NCBI GenBank assembly: GCA_030833525.1 | Contig: JAURGZ010000003.1 | Coordinates: 4,324 to 68,323, forward strand | DNA from: Bacteroidota bacterium | GTDB lineage: Bacteria > Bacteroidota > Bacteroidia > NS11-12g > UBA955 | Length of the DNA stretch: 64,000 nucleotides | Direction: 5' to 3' | Shown: positions 16,610-26,170 of the stretch, one piece after another | Layout: every line of letters starts with the position of its first letter | Numbering within the stretch: position 1 is the stretch's first letter | Program-made: the position numbers and the translations under genes | The notes under the pieces: model-generated | The model's database searches: none | Told to the model about the DNA's origin: nothing | The model's input: the letters and a program-made list of their open reading frames with translations, nothing else

Positions 16610-18270
16610 TGCCAAATTCAACCGATAGATCGCTGCAAATACGGCTGGTTCAACTCAACTTCAAAATCGGGGATTTTGAAGCCAACACCGCCAAAATGGC
16701 TCAGGCCATCATGGAAGCCAAATCCCATGGCGTAGAACTCGTTGTATTTTCGGAATTGGCCACCAGCGGCTATTGCCCCGATGATTTGCTTGACTACCCT
16801 GATTTTATTGAACGCTGCGAACAGGCTTTGGACGCGGTGGCGCAATGTTGTTTTGGCATTGCTGCTTTGGTAGGTTCTGTACAAATCAACCCCAATCCCA
16901 AAGGCCGGCGATTGCTCAATACAGTTGCTTTCTTGGCCAACGGCCGAATTCAACAATCGATTAGCAAAACCCTGCTACCCTCTTACGACGTCTTTTCTGA
17001 GCACCGTTATTTTGAGCCGGCTCAAGAAACTGCCATCGTGGAATACAAAGGGGTGAAGCTCGGTATCGCCATTTGCGAGGATCTCTGGGATATCTACAAC
17101 GATTTCGAATACCGCCAAAGTCCTGGAGAACGATTGAAAGAATTGGGAGCTGAAATCATCATCAACCCTTCGGCTTCTCCCTTTCAACTGGGCAAACAAA
17201 GCCTTCGAAACCGAGTATTCGCTGGGCAATTGAACCGCTATGGCTTGCCTGTTTTGTACGTCAATCAAGTGGGCTTTCATACCGAATTGTTGTTCGACGG
17301 CGCCTCCCGGGCTGTGGGTCATGGTGGTCAAGTGTTGGTGCAACTGCCCAGTTTTGAAGAAGCCCATGCCGATGTGCATTTGAGCCATGGTCTGTTGAGT
17401 ACCGAAAGCCAAGTGGGGCTGCCCCTTGAACATGAAGAAATACCCTTGCTTCACAAAGCTTTGGTTTTTGCCCTTCGCGATTATTTTCAAAAAATGGGCT
17501 TTAAAAGAGCCGTCTTGGGCGCCTCTGGGGGTATAGATTCTGCCGTGGTGCAATGCCTAGCAGCCGAGGCCTTGGGAGCCGATCAAGTGCACGCCTTGTT
17601 GATGCCCAGTGCATTTTCCTCTGAGCATTCCATTGCTGATGCAAAAGCCCTGTGCCAGCGACTGGGTTGTACCTATGATTTGGTCTCCATCGCTCCCTTA
17701 TACGATCAATTTTTGCAGCAGCTCAGCCCTGTTTTCAAAGATTCCCCGTTTGGATTGGCCGAAGAAAACATACAGGCGCGAGCCCGCGGGGTTTTATTGA
17801 TGGCTTCCAGCAATAAAACAGGGGCCATTTTGTTGAACACCTCGAACAAAAGCGAATTGGCGGTTGGCTATTCCACACTGTATGGCGACTTGTGCGGAAG
17901 TCTATCGGTCTTGGGTGATGTATACAAACAGCAAGTGTACGCACTCGCTCAGTACATCAACCGAAATGAGGAGATCATTCCCGAACACATTTTAACCAAG
18001 GCACCCAGTGCTGAACTTCGACCCGGTCAAAAAGACGCCGATAGTCTTCCCGAATATGCCATTTTGGATGAAATCATTCGCAAATACATAGAAGATCGTT
18101 TGGGTGCTCAAGAAATCATCGCCGATGGTTATGAACCCCACACCGTTCACAAGGTTTTGCAACTCATCAACGGGGCCGAATACAAACGTTACCAAGCCCC
18201 TCCCATTGTTCGGGTTAGCAAAAAAGCCTTCGGCAAAGGTCGACGCATGCCCTTGGTGGCTCAATACTAA
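16609..18270 (+). CDS. nadE: Glutamine-dependent NAD+ synthetase
   Basis: The N-terminal CN-hydrolase domain has VVFSELATSGY and a catalytic Cys in IAICEDLW. The C-terminal synthetase domain has the PP-loop LGASGGIDSAV. TAATG overlap with the upstream gene. Confidence 0.9.
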   Translation: MPNSTDRSLQIRLVQLNFKIGDFEANTAKMAQAIMEAKSHGVELVVFSELATSGYCPDDLLDYPDFIERCEQALDAVAQCCFGIAALVGSVQINPNPKGRRLLNTVAFLANGRIQQSISKTLLPSYDVFSEHRYFEPAQETAIVEYKGVKLGIAICEDLWDIYNDFEYRQSPGERLKELGAEIIINPSASPFQLGKQSLRNRVFAGQLNRYGLPVLYVNQVGFHTELLFDGASRAVGHGGQVLVQLPSFEEAHADVHLSHGLLSTESQVGLPLEHEEIPLLHKALVFALRDYFQKMGFKRAVLGASGGIDSAVVQCLAAEALGADQVHALLMPSAFSSEHSIADAKALCQRLGCTYDLVSIAPLYDQFLQQLSPVFKDSPFGLAEENIQARARGVLLMASSNKTGAILLNTSNKSELAVGYSTLYGDLCGSLSVLGDVYKQQVYALAQYINRNEEIIPEHILTKAPSAELRPGQKDADSLPEYAILDEIIRKYIEDRLGAQEIIADGYEPHTVHKVLQLINGAEYKRYQAPPIVRVSKKAFGKGRRMPLVAQY

Positions 18271-18272
18271 GC

Positions 18273-19460
18273 ATGTGGAAGTCTGAATCCAACGGCGAAA
18301 CGGCTTACCGATATCCCCGGTCGTTTTGGTGGTTGAGTACAGGTGCTTTGCTGTTTTTTGTTTCGTTCAATTTGGTTCTCCCCGAGCTGCCCAGTCACTT
18401 GCGGGAGTTAAACGGAGGTGAATACCTGGGCTTGATCATTCCCGTTTTTTCACTGTCTGCCTTGATTTCCCGGCCTCTCAGCGGTTTTCTGACCGATCAA
18501 TACGGTCGCAAATGGGCCTTGGTGGGGGGAACGGTTTTTTGCATTCTCGCCGGATTGCTGTATCCCTTCAGTGGCACGGTTTGGTTTTTCTTCATGGTTC
18601 GCATGATTCACGGCTTTTCAACAGGCTTTACTCCTACTGGCTTTGTCGCCTACGCGGGAGATAGCATAGCCCCGAGTCACCGAGGCCGGGCAATGGGCTG
18701 GTTGGGGCTGTTCAACAATGCTGGAACTTCCCTAGGATATGGCATTGGAGCGCTCATCGTAGCCGATTATGGACGCCAAGGATTGTATACAGCCACGGCT
18801 TTATCAGCGCTGGCCGCCTTGCTTATTTTTAGCCGACTTCCTGAGTCTTACAAAGCCACTGAGCGTCGGGCATTGGAGTGGAAAGTCAGCCGCTGGTTTC
18901 ACCGAGATAGCGCCCTTCCCGCTCTATTGATGCTGCTGGTTTGCGTTAGCTTGGGTTCGGTATTGACCATCATGCCCGACTATACAGTGGCGCGAGGATT
19001 CAGCAATAAGGGATTATTCTTGTCACTTTACATTGGTGCTTCGTTGCTGGTTCGATTGATTTCAGGCCGCATTTCAGACGGTTTTGGCAGACCGCTTTCC
19101 GTGGCCATTGGAACCACTTTCCAACTCATTTCAACGGCTGTTTTGCTTTGGATTTCGGCCGATTGGGGATTCTGGGCCGCCGCCATCACCTATGGCTTGG
19201 GACAAGGGTTTAACGCACCCGCCCTTTTTGCTTGGAGCAGCGACTTAAGCCATACTGAAAACAGAGGAGCGGCTACTGCTATGTTGTTCATGGCCTTGGA
19301 AACCGGCATCATTCTCGGGGGCCTTACGGGGGGCTATTTATTGACCCTGGGTTTCGGGTTTTCTTCAGCCTTTGCTGTCAATGGATGCTGCTTCTTGTTG
19401 GCCTTTGGACTAGCCTTGCAAGAAACCCTGAAAATCAAGGCTCGTAATCGACGTGCCTGA
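18273..19460 (+). CDS. MFS transporter
   Basis: About 12 predicted TM helices. The loop motif GFLTDQYGRK is the MFS motif A (G-x-x-x-D-x-x-G-R-K). Confidence 0.75.
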   Translation: MWKSESNGETAYRYPRSFWWLSTGALLFFVSFNLVLPELPSHLRELNGGEYLGLIIPVFSLSALISRPLSGFLTDQYGRKWALVGGTVFCILAGLLYPFSGTVWFFFMVRMIHGFSTGFTPTGFVAYAGDSIAPSHRGRAMGWLGLFNNAGTSLGYGIGALIVADYGRQGLYTATALSALAALLIFSRLPESYKATERRALEWKVSRWFHRDSALPALLMLLVCVSLGSVLTIMPDYTVARGFSNKGLFLSLYIGASLLVRLISGRISDGFGRPLSVAIGTTFQLISTAVLLWISADWGFWAAAITYGLGQGFNAPALFAWSSDLSHTENRGAATAMLFMALETGIILGGLTGGYLLTLGFGFSSAFAVNGCCFLLAFGLALQETLKIKARNRRA

Positions 19461-20010
19461 GCAGCCAATCGATGTCTTCCAGCCATTCAGGATGGCCGTT
19501 ATAGCCCACATAGATGAAATTCACAAACTCCATTTCTGATTTGGGCGCACGGCCTTTTTTCGCTTGAAACCGCTTCATGTGATCATCTAAGAAATAGCGA
19601 AAATCCAACACGCAATCCCACCAGTGGCGAAACTTGGCATACCCAGTAGGGCCTTTACCAATGGCCGTGGTGCGCCGTTTTTTGGGAAAACGCATGCCCA
19701 CCAAGTTGTTGTATTCACGGCCGTAGTAAGACAACTTACCATCTCGCCCGCTCTCCTCAATTTTAAAAACGACAAACAAATGAGCCCAGGAATCCAAGAC
19801 CGTTTTGGAAACTGTATACAAATCCTTGACTTTGGGAACCGTATTCAGAGGCAAGGTTAGAGAATCGTAGTACAAACTATCGCCAATGATGGCCACGCGG
19901 TTGTGCATGGGATCGCCCGATTCTCGCTTATTGTGGCGGAAATTCGCATCCCAGTATGACCAGGCTACCAAGAAGAAGGAAAAAGCGGCAAAAAGCCCAA
20001 AAGTTCTCAT
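19435..20010 (-). CDS. Glucosaminidase-domain-like protein (putative muramidase/FlgJ-type fold), N-terminal membrane anchor
   Basis: FKIEESGRDGKLSYYGREYNNLVGMR resembles the ESGWG....NNLFGIK core of the glucosaminidase family. ATGA overlap with the dnaG stop. Tentative. Confidence 0.4.
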   Translation of the reverse strand: MRTFGLFAAFSFFLVAWSYWDANFRHNKRESGDPMHNRVAIIGDSLYYDSLTLPLNTVPKVKDLYTVSKTVLDSWAHLFVVFKIEESGRDGKLSYYGREYNNLVGMRFPKKRRTTAIGKGPTGYAKFRHWWDCVLDFRYFLDDHMKRFQAKKGRAPKSEMEFVNFIYVGYNGHPEWLEDIDWLLRHVDYEP

Positions 20011-22007
20011 ATCTGTGTCGATTTGGGTTGGGCACCAAAGCCCGACCCGCTAACAGCAGCACCCAAGGCCTTGGATATTTCCAATTTGGTTTCGTTCAAT
20101 TGCGTCAAGTATTCCATGAGCAATTCCTGTTCTTCTCCTTGAGCTTCTAACAAGCGTTCCAATGTGGCTTGAATCTCTTTCTCGATCTTGATGCGCTTTA
20201 AATGGGCCACCACCGAGTCTACACCCATTTGAATTTGCACATCATCGGATTCTTTCTTGATGTAAATGTAGTTCTTTTCAAATTCTTCAGATAAGACGTA
20301 ATCGCGGGATAACACGTCAGCCGCCCATGCTGAAATGGCTGAATCGCTGTGATGGATAAAAGCCGTTTGGCTGGGCCACGAAAGGGGCATAGCCTCTGCT
20401 GCATCGCTTTGTTGAGACTCCCAAACCTGCCATATGTTGCGAAACAAGGGAGAATGAATGATCTCTTTGAATTCAGCCACCGAAGAGGACTCACCCATGA
20501 TGGATTCTATGGCATATTGGAATACCGTTTGACCATGGCTGGGCATAACGCGGTCTCCAAACAACAGCAACAGTCGAAACAAGGCTCCTTCTTGGTGGAA
20601 TTCTGAGAATGCATCTTCTGGAATGACCGGTTGAGGAGCGACCACATAGGTCGATGCTTCTTTGAGCATCTGCTCTGAAGCTTGATTGTCACGTAAATTC
20701 TTGCGAAGCAAAGCACCCAATTCTTGAATGAGTATGCTTTCATCGACCGCGCATATGTTAGACAGTTCTCGTGTGAGCACCGAACGTTTGATGCTATCTT
20801 GAATCAAGGCCACCGACTGCAGCACATCTTTCACCGCCTCGCTCTTTTTGATGGGGTCTGAGGCCGATGTGCTCAGGAGCAGTTGTGCTTTGAAGAAAAT
20901 GAAATTCTGCGCTTTTTCTTTGAGGTAGTTCCCAAACGCCTCTCCACCCATGGACTTGCAAAGAGAATCGGGGTCCTCCCCTTCAGGCAAAGCCACAACG
21001 TTAACATTGAGCCCTTCTCCCAATAAAAGATCAATCCCCCTCAAGGAAGCCCGTATACCCGCAGCATCCCCATCGTACAAGACGGTTATGTTGTTGGAGA
21101 ATTTGCGAATGAGCCGAATTTGACCCGGGGTGAGCGCTGTGCCACTGCTGGCCACGGCATTGCGAATGCCGGCCTGCCACAAGGTGATGACATCGGTGTA
21201 CCCCTCGACCAAATAGGCATTGTCTTCTTTGCCAATCCCCTGCTTAGCCTCAAAAAGTCCGTATAGGAAATCGCTTTTTTTATAGAGTTCGGTTTCAGGC
21301 GAGTTGATGTACTTGGGCGAATTTTCGGTTTTGTCCATCTTTCGACCGGCAAACCCGACCATTTTCCCGCTGCTGCTTTTCAAGGGAAAAATCACCCTGC
21401 CTCGGTACATGTCGTACCATCCGCCTTTGTCACGCTGTTTGACCAAACCCGCTTCTTGCAAGCGCTCGGGTTTAAAGCCTTTGCTTTCAGCATCTTTCAC
21501 CAGGGCATCCCAAGAGGCAGGGCTATAGCCCAAGCCCCAATACTGCCGAGTTTCTTGGGTGTAACCGCGCTCGTGAAAATAAGAGAGCGCCAGTGCACCG
21601 TCTTCTGTATCGTTGAGCTGTTGCTTGAAAAACCCCTGGGCATAGTCCAGCACCACCTGAAGGCCTTCGCGCTTGCGTTGAAGCTCCTGGTACTGGTCTT
21701 CGTCCATTTTATTCCCGACCTCAATCAGTTCAACACCGTATCGATCGGCCAGCTGCCGAGCCGCTTCGGCAAAGGTGATATTCTCAATTTCGCGAACAAA
21801 TTGAATGGCATTTCCACCCTTGTTACAGCCGAAACATTTGAAAATACCCATCGAAGGGGTGACCGAAAACGACGGGGTTTTCTCGTCGTGAAAGGGGCAC
21901 AATCCCGTGTAACGCGCCCCGGCTTTTTTCAGAGTCACGTAATCGCCTACCACCTGTTCGATGGACACGACACTGAGCAACTGATCCAGGGAGTTTTCGG
22001 TAATCAC
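20007..22007 (-). CDS. dnaG: DNA primase
   Basis: Zinc ribbon CPFHDEKTPSFSV...FKCFGCNKGGNAIQF and TOPRIM YLVEGYTDV...LYDGDAAG. GTG start at 22007. Confidence 0.9.
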   Translation of the reverse strand: MITENSLDQLLSVVSIEQVVGDYVTLKKAGARYTGLCPFHDEKTPSFSVTPSMGIFKCFGCNKGGNAIQFVREIENITFAEAARQLADRYGVELIEVGNKMDEDQYQELQRKREGLQVVLDYAQGFFKQQLNDTEDGALALSYFHERGYTQETRQYWGLGYSPASWDALVKDAESKGFKPERLQEAGLVKQRDKGGWYDMYRGRVIFPLKSSSGKMVGFAGRKMDKTENSPKYINSPETELYKKSDFLYGLFEAKQGIGKEDNAYLVEGYTDVITLWQAGIRNAVASSGTALTPGQIRLIRKFSNNITVLYDGDAAGIRASLRGIDLLLGEGLNVNVVALPEGEDPDSLCKSMGGEAFGNYLKEKAQNFIFFKAQLLLSTSASDPIKKSEAVKDVLQSVALIQDSIKRSVLTRELSNICAVDESILIQELGALLRKNLRDNQASEQMLKEASTYVVAPQPVIPEDAFSEFHQEGALFRLLLLFGDRVMPSHGQTVFQYAIESIMGESSSVAEFKEIIHSPLFRNIWQVWESQQSDAAEAMPLSWPSQTAFIHHSDSAISAWAADVLSRDYVLSEEFEKNYIYIKKESDDVQIQMGVDSVVAHLKRIKIEKEIQATLERLLEAQGEEQELLMEYLTQLNETKLEISKALGAAVSGSGFGAQPKSTQI

Positions 22008-22074
22008 GCGCTTTTGCTAATTTTGGGGCAAGACAAGGCTGCAAAATAGCCGCCAATTGGACCAAAATCAAACC

Positions 22075-23280
22075 ATGATCACAAAAAATCAATTGCAAGC
22101 AAGGGCCTTGGAGCTTCAGGCCAAACTGGTCGAGATTCGGCGCAAAATTCACCAAAATCCAGAGCTGTCCTTTTGCGAATTCGAAACAGCCCAACTGATC
22201 GAAACCTACTTGCAAGAGGAGTTGGGATTGAAAACGCAACGCCTGGCCAAAACCGGTGTAATCGCCCTCATTGAAGGGCAAAACCCAGCCTCGAAAGTCG
22301 TGGGTTTGAGGGCCGACATGGATGCCTTGCCCATTGTCGAGGTGGAAGACGGACGGCCTTATCGTTCTCAAAACGAGGGAGTCATGCATGCCTGTGGTCA
22401 CGACGTGCACAGCACTTGCTTGCTGGGCGTTGCCACCCTGCTCAGCGAACGCCGACAAGAGTTCTCGGGCACAGTCAAATTGGTTTTTCAGCCAGGTGAA
22501 GAAAAATTGCCGGGCGGGGCCTCCCTGCTCATCGAAGAAGGCGTTTTGGAGAACCCCAAAATCGATGCGATGATAGGCCAACATGTCATGCCGCGCATTC
22601 ACACCGGCAAGACGGGATTTCGCCCAGGTCTATACATGGCTTCTACCGATGAAATCTACATTACCGTGCATGGAAAAGGCGGTCACGGAGCCATGCCCCA
22701 ATATGCGATAGACCCCGTATTGATCAGCGCTCACCTGATTGTCGCCTTGCAGCAAATCGTATCGCGCAAAGCCGACCCCTCGGTTCCATCGGTGCTGAGT
22801 TTTGGAAAAGTCCAAGCTATGGGTGCAACCAATGTGATTCCCAACAAAGTGGAATTGGAAGGCACATTCAGAACCCTCAATGAAGAATGGCGAGTCGAGG
22901 CACATCGCCAAATTGAGAGCCTAGCCAAAGGATTGGTAGAAGGCATGGGCGGAAAAGTCGATGTTCGCATTTCAAAGGGCTATCCCTTCTTGCACAATCA
23001 CGAAGATTTAACCCAAGACTGCCAAAACGATGCCCGGGAATATTTAGGGGAAGATCAAGTAGAAGATTTGGGCATTTGGATGGCAGCTGAAGATTTCTCC
23101 TACTACTCCCAAGAGACTCCTAGCTGTTTCTATCGCTTAGGTACATGGACCGAGTCCAAAAACACTGGATTCAGTGTGCACCACCCCTCGTTTGATGTCG
23201 ATGAAGATTCCCTGCACGTGGGTGCTGGTCTGATGGCTTACATGGCTTTGAAAGAATTGGAGAGACCCAAACGGTCTTAG
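22075..23280 (+). CDS. M20 family amidohydrolase (N-acyl-L-amino-acid amidohydrolase type)
   Basis: IHQNPELSFCEF, LRADMDALP, MHACGHDVH and FQPGEE. ATG at 22075; the ORF track starts at TTG 22057. Confidence 0.85.
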   Translation: MITKNQLQARALELQAKLVEIRRKIHQNPELSFCEFETAQLIETYLQEELGLKTQRLAKTGVIALIEGQNPASKVVGLRADMDALPIVEVEDGRPYRSQNEGVMHACGHDVHSTCLLGVATLLSERRQEFSGTVKLVFQPGEEKLPGGASLLIEEGVLENPKIDAMIGQHVMPRIHTGKTGFRPGLYMASTDEIYITVHGKGGHGAMPQYAIDPVLISAHLIVALQQIVSRKADPSVPSVLSFGKVQAMGATNVIPNKVELEGTFRTLNEEWRVEAHRQIESLAKGLVEGMGGKVDVRISKGYPFLHNHEDLTQDCQNDAREYLGEDQVEDLGIWMAAEDFSYYSQETPSCFYRLGTWTESKNTGFSVHHPSFDVDEDSLHVGAGLMAYMALKELERPKRS

Positions 23281-23678
23281 GCACCAATGGTATTGCAGAG
23301 GGCATCAATGGCAGCATCCCAAATGCTGGCAGCCATTTCCTCTTCCCCATCGTTGACAAATTCGGTAATGATGAGTTCTACATCACCCGTAATGTCGTCT
23401 TGATCGATTCGAAATTCCAAATACTCATTGGGGCTTGGAGAGCCTTCCATATTGAATTTCACGTATTTATTCGTGACGTTTCGAACCATCACGGCCTTGC
23501 TTTCGGTGCCGTCTTCCCACTTGAATTTGTATTTGGCGCCAGCCGCTACTTCCACGTGATCAGCAAACCAACTCTGCAAACCGGAGGGGGTAGAAATGTA
23601 TTGATACAGAATGTTGGCTGAAGATCTCAGCGGATATTCCAGTTCCAGTTTCAGTCGATTGCTTTTCTTAGCGGCCAT
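23277..23678 (-). CDS. START-like/SRPBCC-fold domain protein
   Basis: 133 aa. The pattern LELEYPLRSSANILYQYISTPSGLQSWFAD is like small AHSA1/START-like proteins conserved in Bacteroidota. Tentative. Confidence 0.5.
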   Translation of the reverse strand: MAAKKSNRLKLELEYPLRSSANILYQYISTPSGLQSWFADHVEVAAGAKYKFKWEDGTESKAVMVRNVTNKYVKFNMEGSPSPNEYLEFRIDQDDITGDVELIITEFVNDGEEEMAASIWDAAIDALCNTIGA

Positions 23679-23750
23679 TATGGATTTGGGTTGTACTGCA
23701 AAAAAACCAATTCCAATCGAAAAACAAAATTTTCAAAAATTATCGTAGGT

Positions 23751-23758
23751 TATCTTTG
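23751..23758 (+). promoter_or_regulatory. -7 box (TATCTTTG), 5 nt upstream of the PAP2 ATG
   Basis: TATCTTTG-tatgt-ATG. Confidence 0.4.
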
Positions 23759-23763
23759 TATGT

Positions 23764-24369
23764 ATGGCGACTACTGTGTTTCAGCGTAGTTTGATTTTGG
23801 GACTTTCAATGGGATGCATGGCCATCTTGTTGGGCTCTGAAATAGGAGCCAGCGCCTGGATACAATTGCACGGAAGCCCCCATTTGGACCCTTGGGTCCA
23901 AGGCATATCTTGGTCGGGAGAATGGGCCCTTATGGCGCTAGCCATAGTGGGTCTTGGGTTTCACAATCGACATTGGGCCTTAGCGGGTCTCGTCGCCTAT
24001 GCCATCGAATCGGCGCTGAGCCAAATCATCAAGCGCTGGCTGAATGGGCCGCGCCCCTTGCGCTTGCAAGCCTGGGAGATGCGCAGCATCGAAGGCGAGG
24101 TTTGGCAAGAGCAATTGGCCATGCCTTCGGGTCATACGGCAGCGGCCGTTTTAGCCCTGTGGATGCTCAGTCGACTTCCCCAAACCCAAGCCATGGGCTT
24201 GCAAATGCTTTTGGGGCTTTGGGCCCTGGCGGTGGGCTATAGCCGAATTTACCTGGGCCAGCACAGCCTGGATGATGTCATAGCCGGTGCCTGTTTGGGT
24301 ATGGTAACCGGCCTCATCTTTGACCAAGTTCAAAAACGCGCATTCGACAAATCCCTCCTAAGTCCATGA
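23764..24369 (+). CDS. PAP2 family lipid phosphatase
   Basis: KRWLNGPRP (KX6RP), PSGH, and SRIYLGQHSLDD (SRX5HX3D). Multi-TM. Confidence 0.8.
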   Translation: MATTVFQRSLILGLSMGCMAILLGSEIGASAWIQLHGSPHLDPWVQGISWSGEWALMALAIVGLGFHNRHWALAGLVAYAIESALSQIIKRWLNGPRPLRLQAWEMRSIEGEVWQEQLAMPSGHTAAAVLALWMLSRLPQTQAMGLQMLLGLWALAVGYSRIYLGQHSLDDVIAGACLGMVTGLIFDQVQKRAFDKSLLSP

Positions 24370-26120
24370 AAAAGAGCCACACGCATTTTGGATTGAGCCT
24401 ACTGACAGTGCTACTCCTGCTACCCGGCATGTTTCAGCTAGGCCTATTCGATTGGGATGAATTGAATTTCGCCGAATCTTCCCGCGAAATGCTGGAAAGC
24501 CAGCAATGGCTCTTTAACCAAATGCAGTTTGAACCCTTTTGGGAGAAACCTCCCTTGTTCAACTGGATGCAGGCGGCGTTTGCCTGGGCCTTGGGAACTC
24601 AAGACTGGGTCTTTCGATTGCCCAACTTATTGGCGGCCGTCATCGCCGTCAATCTGAGTTACCATATTGGATTTTCAATGGGCAAACGCATGTTGGGCAG
24701 CTTTTGGGCCTTGAGCACCTTGGCGACATTCGCCCCCTATTTTTACTGGAAATCGGGACTGATTGACCCCTGGTTCAATCTATTTTTAGTTGGGGCTATC
24801 TGGCAATGGTTCCAAATGGGACAGGCGCAGCGATTGGGGGATCGCCCTCACCGCCATTATACCTTTTCAGGCCTCTTGTTAGGCTTAGCCATTTTGACAA
24901 AAGGGCCGGTTGCCTTGCTGGTATTTGCCTTGGTAGTGCTGGTTGTGAGCTTCTCGTACAAACGCTGGAACGAACTCATTCATCCTGGGATTTTCGCGTT
25001 CGTTTTCGCGGTTTCCCTTCCCATTCTCGCTTGGCTACTGCCCCTGAGCATGACCCTGGGTTGGGAATTTCCCCTTCGTTTTTTAGGCTACCAATTGCAC
25101 CTGGCAGGCGGGCAATTTGACTGGCATAACCAACCCTGGTTTTACCACAGTTTGGTGCTCTTTTTCCTCTGTTTCCCTTCATCGGGACTGGCCCTACCCT
25201 TTTTGTTCAATGCCAAGAACGACAGCCGCGACTTCGCGCTCTGGTTCCCTTACATGCGAAGCTTGTTTTGGGTAGTTCTGCTGCTTTTCTCGGTGGTTCA
25301 AACCAAAATCATTCATTATTCGAGCCTGTGTTGGTGGCCTCTCTCCTTCTTTGGGGCTTACAGCGTGTATTTGTGGCATACCAACCGCCGCAAATTGCCG
25401 GGCAGCCTGTATTTGGCCCTCTTCTTATCGGGTTTGGGTTTGGCGACGGCTTTGATCGCCGTACCCCTGCTCTGGGGATTCAAGCAAATACCCACTCCCT
25501 GGTTATTGAAGATGGATTTATTCAGTGCCAGCGTGGTTCGGTACGGCGAAACCTGGAGCTGGACCAGCCTCTTGCCTGGATTCCTCTTTTCCCTCTATTT
25601 CCTCTATTTCTTGTTCAGAGCCCTCATTCGCAAACCCTGGCACCCTGGCCTGTTGTATGGTTTGACAGCCGGAACGGCGGTTTTGTGCTCCTGGTTCCTG
25701 CTCAAACCGGCTGAAAAAGCCTTGCAAGCTCCCCTTCGAGCCGAAATTGAATCCCTGAGTGACAGAGGGGTTCGCTATGAACTTTGGGGATTCAAATCGT
25801 ATGCATTGCCTTTCTGGGGCAATTGGACCCAAGATGATTGCATCGATAGTTTGCGATGGAATGATTCAGCGTTTTTCTCCGAATTAGAAAAGCAAGAGCA
25901 AGCTAAAAACAGCCATCCCATTCAATCGAATGGTTTTGCCCTATACCCCAGCCGAACAGCTCGAAACCGATATTTCCAAGATGGACCTTGTGAGCCCTTG
26001 ATGTTCATCATCACCCGTGCCGACTTTAAGCCCGATTGGTACTTTCAGCAAAAATTCAAGGCCCTAAAACCCCTCGGGGGATATTGGCTTTGGAAAAGAA
26101 CTTGTGAAGAAGTTCAGTAG
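24366..26120 (+). CDS. ArnT-like (GT39/GT83-type) polytopic membrane glycosyltransferase
   Basis: 584 aa with about 11-13 TM helices. The N-terminal loop FDWDELNFAESSREMLESQQW...EKPPLFNW is typical of ArnT/PMT-type enzymes. ATGA overlap with the PAP2 stop. Confidence 0.7.
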   Translation: MKKSHTHFGLSLLTVLLLLPGMFQLGLFDWDELNFAESSREMLESQQWLFNQMQFEPFWEKPPLFNWMQAAFAWALGTQDWVFRLPNLLAAVIAVNLSYHIGFSMGKRMLGSFWALSTLATFAPYFYWKSGLIDPWFNLFLVGAIWQWFQMGQAQRLGDRPHRHYTFSGLLLGLAILTKGPVALLVFALVVLVVSFSYKRWNELIHPGIFAFVFAVSLPILAWLLPLSMTLGWEFPLRFLGYQLHLAGGQFDWHNQPWFYHSLVLFFLCFPSSGLALPFLFNAKNDSRDFALWFPYMRSLFWVVLLLFSVVQTKIIHYSSLCWWPLSFFGAYSVYLWHTNRRKLPGSLYLALFLSGLGLATALIAVPLLWGFKQIPTPWLLKMDLFSASVVRYGETWSWTSLLPGFLFSLYFLYFLFRALIRKPWHPGLLYGLTAGTAVLCSWFLLKPAEKALQAPLRAEIESLSDRGVRYELWGFKSYALPFWGNWTQDDCIDSLRWNDSAFFSELEKQEQAKNSHPIQSNGFALYPSRTARNRYFQDGPCEPLMFIITRADFKPDWYFQQKFKALKPLGGYWLWKRTCEEVQ

Positions 26121-26170
26121 CAAATCCCATTGTCATGCCCTAATATTGTCTGCGAACCTCGGTTCATTTT

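Noticed and set aside
21823-22602. 259-aa reverse ORF
   Set aside because: It is antisense to the M20 amidohydrolase gene and overlaps the dnaG start. Its Gly/Arg/Gln-rich composition is typical of shadow frames.
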